Source: Prorocentrum cordatum (lineage: Eukaryota). Taken from it: 64,000 nucleotides of DNA. This document shows, in pieces, positions 59,788 to 64,000 of this stretch. Each line of letters begins with the position of its first letter. Position 1 is the first letter of the stretch. Made by a program: the position numbers and the translations under genes. Location of the stretch: contig CAUYUJ010000005.1 of NCBI GenBank assembly GCA_963575745.1, positions 1-64,000 of the forward strand. Reading direction: 5' to 3'. The notes under the pieces were generated by a model that saw nothing but the letters and a program-made list of their open reading frames with translations, did no database searches and had not been told where the DNA came from.

Positions 59788-62700
59788 ATGCAATACGAAT
59801 TCATCACGATACGAATGTTGACGAAAAATCAGCAGAGCATCCGGGCATCACAGCGTTTTGTTGATTTTCTACAGGATACCGAATACGTGCAGGACGATAT
59901 CTTGTTTTTCTCTGAGATCTGGCGCAAAGATCGAGAGGAAGTTGTTTCAAAACCAGTTGGGGGTGCGTTGTATCTCAGCGGGGGCGCCATGCACAAAGGT
60001 GTTAGCACTGGCGTTTCAGCGAGAGTTGGAGCACTCCTGTCAGATGTTCGTTTTCAGGCGTACTCTGCGAGATTATGTTGTCTGGATTTTCAGCTGCATG
60101 GCAAGCTATTCAGGGCAATCGCGTGCTATTTTCCGACGTCTTGGGTTGCGACGCCAACGAGCAGGAGGTTTACGACCTGTTGTCGCTGCTGGTTCTGGAT
60201 TGCGATGCGCACGGGCGGATCCCTTTGATCGGGGGCGATTTCAACGCATCCGTTGGCGCTCAAGCTGTTTTCGACGATGTTGAATCTTTGGGGATTTGTG
60301 GAGAAGGGCAACGGAACGAACGCGGAGACTGGATGGTGCAATTTGCTCTGGGGCACGGGCTGCGCATTGTGCGCCGGCAAGCGACCGCGGGGGGGGGACT
60401 GGTTGGGCGTGCGCGCGCGGCATGGACGGAGCTCTGGTACACATCGGTTTTATGCTGGCAGGTTGTCGAATGCATTGCCGCCGCACTTGGTGCGACACTT
60501 GCTTGGGAGTTGGTCTTGACCATCGCTGCGTTCGCAGCGTTGCTCGCATGAAGGTAACTCGCGAAGGCGCCCGCCACAGAAAGAAGCAGAAGTTGTTTTA
60601 GAGATGGGGGCCGTATTTGGACGAGAACGGAGAGGCGCGAGGATTCCGGGCCTATCTGAGAACATAAATTTCACAGCGTGGGAACACAACATCGTTCGAA
60701 GACGTAGAATCAGCTTTGCTGCAGGTGGCAGAGAAATTCTCGACGCTTCGCGTATCCCCACCAACCCATCCTACACCAGGCACTCGAACGAAGAGCGCCG
60801 ATGATCGGCAGCTGTTCTCCTCCCCCTCTTCCGCCTTCTCCTCCGCCTTCTCCTCCTCCTCCCTTCCTCCTCCTCCTCCTCCTCCTCCTCCTCCTCCTCC
60901 TCCGCCTCTTCCTCTTCCCTGGTGGCGTCTTGGAGGTATCTTCGAACGTTTTGGTGGGCTCTTGGGCCTCGCGGGCGGGCGGGCGGCGCTCCGCCCGCCC
61001 GCGCGCAGGGCGCAAGAGGAGAGTCCGAGACGTCTCTTGAGGCCCTCTTGGAGGACATCGATCGCAGAAGGGGGAAGCATTTTTTAGCGTCGCCCCCCTG
61101 GGGGGCACGATCCTCGTGAGGGGTGTCGAATTTTAGCCCTCCCAGGGGTCGTTCTTGGACGCTCTAACTACCCGCGGCCCCCCCTGTCCAGGTCAGTGGG
61201 GAGGGGGTAGGGGGAGGGGTAAACCCCTCCCCGAAGGGGAAGAAGGAGGGGTGGAAGAGGAAACGCTCTAAGCCACCGACGCCCAGAGGGCTGGTGGGAT
61301 TTGGACACGCCGCAAACAGGAATATCCGTTTCAAGCCGAGCGCCTCGCAGACATTGCGAGCTCAAAGAAGGGCCGCCACCGCCCGGGCTGATCGCAAACG
61401 GCTCAGCTGCGACATCCGGCGTCTACAGGGACAGAAAATAAGATCATGGACTTCCGCTCACTTGGATGATTTATTGAATTGGTCGAAGCATTTGCACGAG
61501 ATCAAGTCCTTGTTGGACTGGACAACGTCGCGGGGAAGAGCCGAGTACAATCACCGCCGGAAGACGAATTAGCACATTTTCTCGGAGGCTTCTTTGTCCG
61601 GGCGCCGCCCGCGCCGGAGAAACCGCGAGTTCTCGCGGAGGTGTCCTCGTCGATGGAAGAAATGGATCTTGCGATGAGAAGAATGAAGACGAACCGAGCC
61701 TCAGACGACGTTGGTCTGGCATCAGAGCTTCTGCGCGCCGCCCCGGCTAGTTTCAGAGCGTATTTGTTAGTGTTGCACGACGAAGTCTTATCAGGAGGAC
61801 TTCCCCCAGAGAGCTGGCGACGAATGCTTTTCCAAATGCTTCCGTAGAGCTCAGAGGCTGCAAGCGCGTCTGATTATAGACCCATCGCTACCGTGAGGAT
61901 GTTGCACAAGATGTTCGCATCTATAATTCTATATAGCATTTGGCCGCTTGGAAAACGCGCTGGGCCAACGTCCACCCGAAGAGCAGCGCGCGTTCCGGGC
62001 CAGTTGCCTCGTCGAAGAACACCTTCTGACAGCGAACGTGTTCATTGACAGGGAGCGGTCGGTGGCGCTCCCGTTTGGATTATGAGTTTGGATTTATCGA
62101 AGGCTTTTGATCGCGTTGATCGGGCCGCCTTGTGGCCCGCTTTACGCGAGCACGGGGTGTCAGATCATCTCGTCTGGATATTGCAAATATTGCGTGACAA
62201 CCAAACCGGGCAGGTTAAATGGAGCTCTCGACGCAGTGCGCTTTTCGACATTTAGCTGGAGTCGGACAGGGGTGTGTTCTCAGCCCGCGCGTGTTCTGTT
62301 GCAGGCTGGAATGGGCTATGGCACGGTGGCGGCAGAAGTCCGGGACTGCAGGGCTTGATCTACGAGATGGGCTACGTGGTCTGTTGGATTTGCGTTTTGC
62401 GGACGATGTGGTACCCTTAGCGAAATCGCAAAGAGAGGCTGCCGTCCTGCTTTCGTCACTCACGGAAGAGTTCGCAGCCGTTGGCTTGCAGTTGAAGGGT
62501 GACAAGACGTTTGCGCTAACGACCGAAATCCAACCACCACAACGGTTATTGCTTCCTTCCGCTTTGGCTATAAAGTGTGTGGATGCCCACAAATGGTTGG
62601 GGTGCATATTGTCGACAGACACGATAAAGCACGATATGGAATACCATCGTCAAGCTGCTACCAAAACCTTCTAGGCAAATCGATGGGCACTGGCCGATCA

Positions 62701-63190
62701 GCACGTCCATGTTGCAGCCTCGTTTGGAATATTTCAATGCCGTTGTCACTCCGATCGCCTTATTCGCTTCTGCGCACCGCGTTATCTACATTTCCGGCAG
62801 GAGATGATACTGCTTGCCGGAAACTGCTCAGACAAATCGTCGGGCCGCCGAAGAATCCATTGGGCGAGGCCGTGGCATGATATTTCACAGGATTGGCATG
62901 AACGTGTATGCGATAAATTAGATGCTCAGAACAACTTGTGGTCTTATGTAGTATACCGCCAATATTGGAGTTTTGCCGGGTATGTCGCACATCTTCCTGC
63001 TTACCTATCACGTTCTGTGAATTGGTCCCCTCTGGGGAGGAAGTCCCAAGGACGACCGCGCAAATCTTGGGAATCCGATGCGCAATTCTTCTGTAAAACA
63101 TTCGGGATCGGCAACTGGAGAGATGCTGCCAAAGATGCATGCGCCTGGTCGCGCATGGCAGGGGGTTTGTTGGATTACGCGAGTGCTTAG
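59788..63190 (+). pseudogene. RTE-like LINE ORF2 (AP endonuclease + reverse transcriptase), frameshifted and interrupted
   Basis: APE: DILFFSEIW, CYFPTS, IGGDFNASVG, RNERG, DHRCV. RT: DYRPIA, LDLSKAFDRV, GVGQGCVLSP, LRFADD (~62391), KWLG. C-terminal GRPRKSW..WRDAAKDACAW is typical of RTE-group tails. Confidence 0.88.
60739..61301 (-). mobile_element. 563-bp Helentron/HINE-like non-autonomous insertion
   Basis: Removing it restores the LINE frame QVAEK-FGHAANRN. ATT at both junctions. Asymmetric sub-TIRs ATCCCCACCAACCC (60754) and GGGCTGGTGGGAT (61288); hairpin ACGCTTCGCGT (60743-60753). Confidence 0.65.
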
Positions 63191-64000
63191 CTTTGTGCCC
63201 AAGCTCCCCCCCTCCCCCTCCTCCTCCTCCTCCTCCTCCTCGTCCTCGTCTTCCTCTTCCATTTCATATGATCGATTTTTTTGTTTGCGCATGGCCGGAT
63301 GTGTATCTTAATGCTCGAGGCCCGCAGGCCGCTCCCACCGGAGCTGGCACGCAAGCTATAATTGTAGCTGTTCCCCGCCTGCGCCCTCAGTGGCCTCCTC
63401 CCTTCGCGGGCATGCAGGCCTGACCTGACCTGGCCTTCTTTTCGAGTTCCGCGATGCAGCAGTGTGTGCAGCCTTTCGGCCCGAGGTACCCTGCGCGCGG
63501 CGCGCGCCCCCGCTTCTGTGGGCATTGTCTCGGGACTTGTGGGCGTTTTGGGACCTGTTTGGGAACCCAATGGGGCCTCGTGGAGGCGGAGGGGGAAGAG
63601 GAGGAGGTGGAGGAGGTGGCGGAGGGAAAGGAGGAAAAGGAGGAGGAAGAGGAGGAGGAGGAGGAGGAGGAGGAGGAGGAACCTCGTCGTGGCTTCGTCT
63701 TGCAGGCGGCCTCCTGGGCCTGCTGGCCGCGGCTACGGTTGCCCCGCTGCTCCGGCGGCGCCAGGCGCGAGGCGCGGGCCGCCGCTCGGGTTGCCCTCCG
63801 GGCGCTGCGGGGGCCATGCCGCGTGGTGAGTCGGTGGGTTTCGGGGCTCACCGCACGGGCTCCGTCGCGCTCTTGAGAAAAAGTGCGGTGAAAGGTTTTT
63901 TGCTGTTTTTGCCTTTTGGGCCCTCGCTGGGCGTCGGGACCGTCAAAAAACTGGTTCGGGATGCAAAATTGGTCCCGGTGAGTGGATCGTCAGTTTGGGG

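Overview
Repeat-saturated, GC-rich eukaryotic genomic DNA. It is very likely a dinoflagellate (Prorocentrum-like), inferred from GC/GA splice donors, micro-exons, the retroelement families and microsatellite density. I see no rRNA, tRNA or true CRISPR-cas locus. Main architecture: (1) A hidden minus-strand host gene of unknown function. At least 16 phase-compatible micro-exons (24-113 nt) lie between 55414 and 7423 in the small unique islands between repeats. (2) In its ~28-kb intron, a decayed Ty1/copia retrotransposon is split by an 18.5-kb DNA transposon (30490-48977; 23-bp TIRs, 8-bp TSD ACCAAGGC). That transposon carries a frameshifted hAT-like DDE transposase, a ~6.5-kb array region of 129-bp units (94-bp scaffold with eight helically phased TGAAC motifs plus a fixed-length 35-nt variable segment), and a second gene with a Zn-finger-like N-terminus, a coiled coil and a JmjC/cupin-like C-terminus. 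(3) Two decayed non-LTR retrotransposons: APE-RT-RNaseH at 15.1-21.1 kb and an RTE-like element at 58.6-63.2 kb interrupted by a Helentron-like insertion. (4) Helitron coding fragments, MITEs, several minisatellite families, large compound microsatellites and one 100-N assembly gap. Most entries in the ORF track are low-complexity or GC-rich artefacts. All family assignments come from motif recognition by eye, not from database searches.
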